Below, one piece after another: positions 63,326 through 64,000 of a DNA stretch of 64,000 nt. Positions within the stretch are counted from its first letter, which is position 1. Every line of letters starts with the position of its first letter. The stretch lies in assembly GCA_024694365.1 (NCBI GenBank), contig JAILJX010000099.1, positions 6,250-70,249 on the forward strand. The letters are read 5' to 3'. This DNA is from Kiritimatiellia bacterium (GTDB lineage Bacteria > Verrucomicrobiota > Kiritimatiellia > RFP12 > UBA1067). Below the pieces are notes generated by a model, which saw only the letters and a list, made by a program, of their open reading frames with translations, ran no database searches and was not told the origin of the DNA. A program made the position numbers and the translations under genes.

Positions 63326-64000
63326 TTATTTGATGTTCTGCGTTTTGGTTGAAAGGCCCGCGACGAAGGCGTCCCAGTCCAGGGCGATCTCCGCCGGAAG
63401 GCCGAAGCGGTTCTTGGCTATGCATGCGGGCGATCCGTTGGTGCGGAGGATCCTCTCCCCGCCGTCCGCCCCGATGGGCGCGGCCTTGCCGGTCGTCGAG
63501 TCGACGCGCATGCGCCTCGTCGCGAAGAGGACCGCGTCGACCCACTCGCACACGAGCGAGCAGGCCACCTTGTGGAGGCGCGGCGTGTACCTGTCGTAAG
63601 AGGCGTGCTCCGGATCCTCGAAGCGCTCCACCTTCGAGTGCGCGATCAGGATGACCGCCATCCCGCGGCGCGAGCGGATCTCGTTCAGGATCGAGACCGC
63701 CTGGCGCCAGTAGGTGAGCGCGTGCGTGTAGCCCTTCCCGTATCCGCCGTCGGCCTTCTCGATGCACTTGACCCCGAAGTCGGAGCACACCCTGTCCCAG
63801 ATGAGGCGCTCGAGCCAGTCCAGCGAGTCTATGCAGAGCGTCCTGAAGCCGTGCTCCTCGTCCCTCACCGCCTTGAGCTGAAGGAGAAACTCCTCGAAGC
63901 TCCCCGCGATCGGGAACCTTGAGCACTCGATCTCCGAGAGCCCATCCTCGGTCTGTATGAAGACCGCCTTCGGGGCTTTGGCGGCGAACGAAGACTTGCC
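63326..64000 (-). CDS. AAA_24-type (RecA-like) phage ATPase, C-terminal 224 codons (start beyond the right edge)
   Basis: The frame is open to position 64000. GKSSFAAKAPKAVFIQTEDG (end of Walker A), TLCIDSLDWLE (Walker B-like), AVILIAHSKVERFEDPE. Confidence 0.8.
   Translation of the reverse strand, partial: GKSSFAAKAPKAVFIQTEDGLSEIECSRFPIAGSFEEFLLQLKAVRDEEHGFRTLCIDSLDWLERLIWDRVCSDFGVKCIEKADGGYGKGYTHALTYWRQAVSILNEIRSRRGMAVILIAHSKVERFEDPEHASYDRYTPRLHKVACSLVCEWVDAVLFATRRMRVDSTTGKAAPIGADGGERILRTNGSPACIAKNRFGLPAEIALDWDAFVAGLSTKTQNIK

Larger units (their letters stand above)
58496..64000 (-). mobile_element. arm of an integrative element / prophage (continues past the right edge)
   Basis: Colinear AAA_24 ATPase, DUF669, RusA, SF2 helicase, DUF2924 and large serine recombinase genes, GC-rich. 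The recombinase sits at the inner end, so an att junction is expected in 58.03-58.5 kb. Confidence 0.65.

Noticed and set aside
60801-63926. ORFs 60878..62416(+), 61020..61961(+), 60801..61340(-), 60889..61425(-), 61887..62447(-), and the upstream two-thirds of 62484..63926(-)
   Set aside because: They are alternative phases of the helicase, DUF669 and AAA_24 genes. Only the last 128 codons of 62484..63926 (RusA) look real.
1-64000. CRISPR arrays, rRNA genes and complete insertion sequences
   Set aside because: No regularly spaced direct repeats, no rRNA-like conserved stretches and no transposase ORF with terminal inverted repeats were seen on either strand.

Overview
Bacterial window with no rRNA, tRNA or CRISPR array visible by eye. 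About 60 of the roughly 63 genes are on the minus strand. All calls come from reading the sequence and the ORF translations by eye; no searches were run, so family names are motif-level recognitions. The window has three blocks. (1) 1-15.8 kb is a GC-rich accessory block. It holds an edge-truncated orphan gene, an AKKA-repeat histone H1-like protein, a frameshifted gene beside an integrase N-terminal remnant, two tandem HTH paralogs, an internally duplicated orphan and a small ORF plus sigma-70-like factor. It also holds a promoter-to-terminator operon (PRiA4_ORF3-domain protein plus two giant orphan paralogs that share only a C-terminal HTH-like module and a 117-bp identical DNA tract). A DUF2924 plus large-serine-recombinase pair closes the block. 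(2) 15.9-56.3 kb starts with a two-gene SIR2 module (PD-(D/E)xK-like protein plus a 1189-aa N-terminal SIR2 protein). A roughly 36-kb, compositionally mosaic Wzx/Wzy-type glycan locus follows. The locus carries UDP-L-FucNAc genes (fnlA/fnlC/fnlB plus wbuB-like), many GT2/GT4/GT8 transferases, a CapK/ATP-grasp/acetyltransferase decoration module and a phosphonate module (LicD, cytidylyltransferase-PEP mutase fusion, Fe-ADH, phosphonopyruvate decarboxylase). It also carries ugd, rmlC and tagD. A low-GC SMODS nucleotidyltransferase plus 4-TM (S-4TM/SLATT-like) pair, CBASS-type-I-like, is inserted between ugd and rmlC. (3) 56.1-64 kb holds an XRE regulator, a tyrosine integrase with a SHOCT-like tail and the arm of an integrative element or prophage that runs off the right edge (serine recombinase, DUF2924, SF2 helicase, RusA, DUF669, AAA_24 ATPase). 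The most unusual signals are: (a) the PRiA4_ORF3 plus giant-paralog operon; (b) the nuclease-like plus SIR2 pair; (c) a 24-27 bp triple 9-mer DNA element found five times inside four sugar-nucleotide genes and read in all three phases; (d) the SMODS/4TM pair embedded in the glycan locus.
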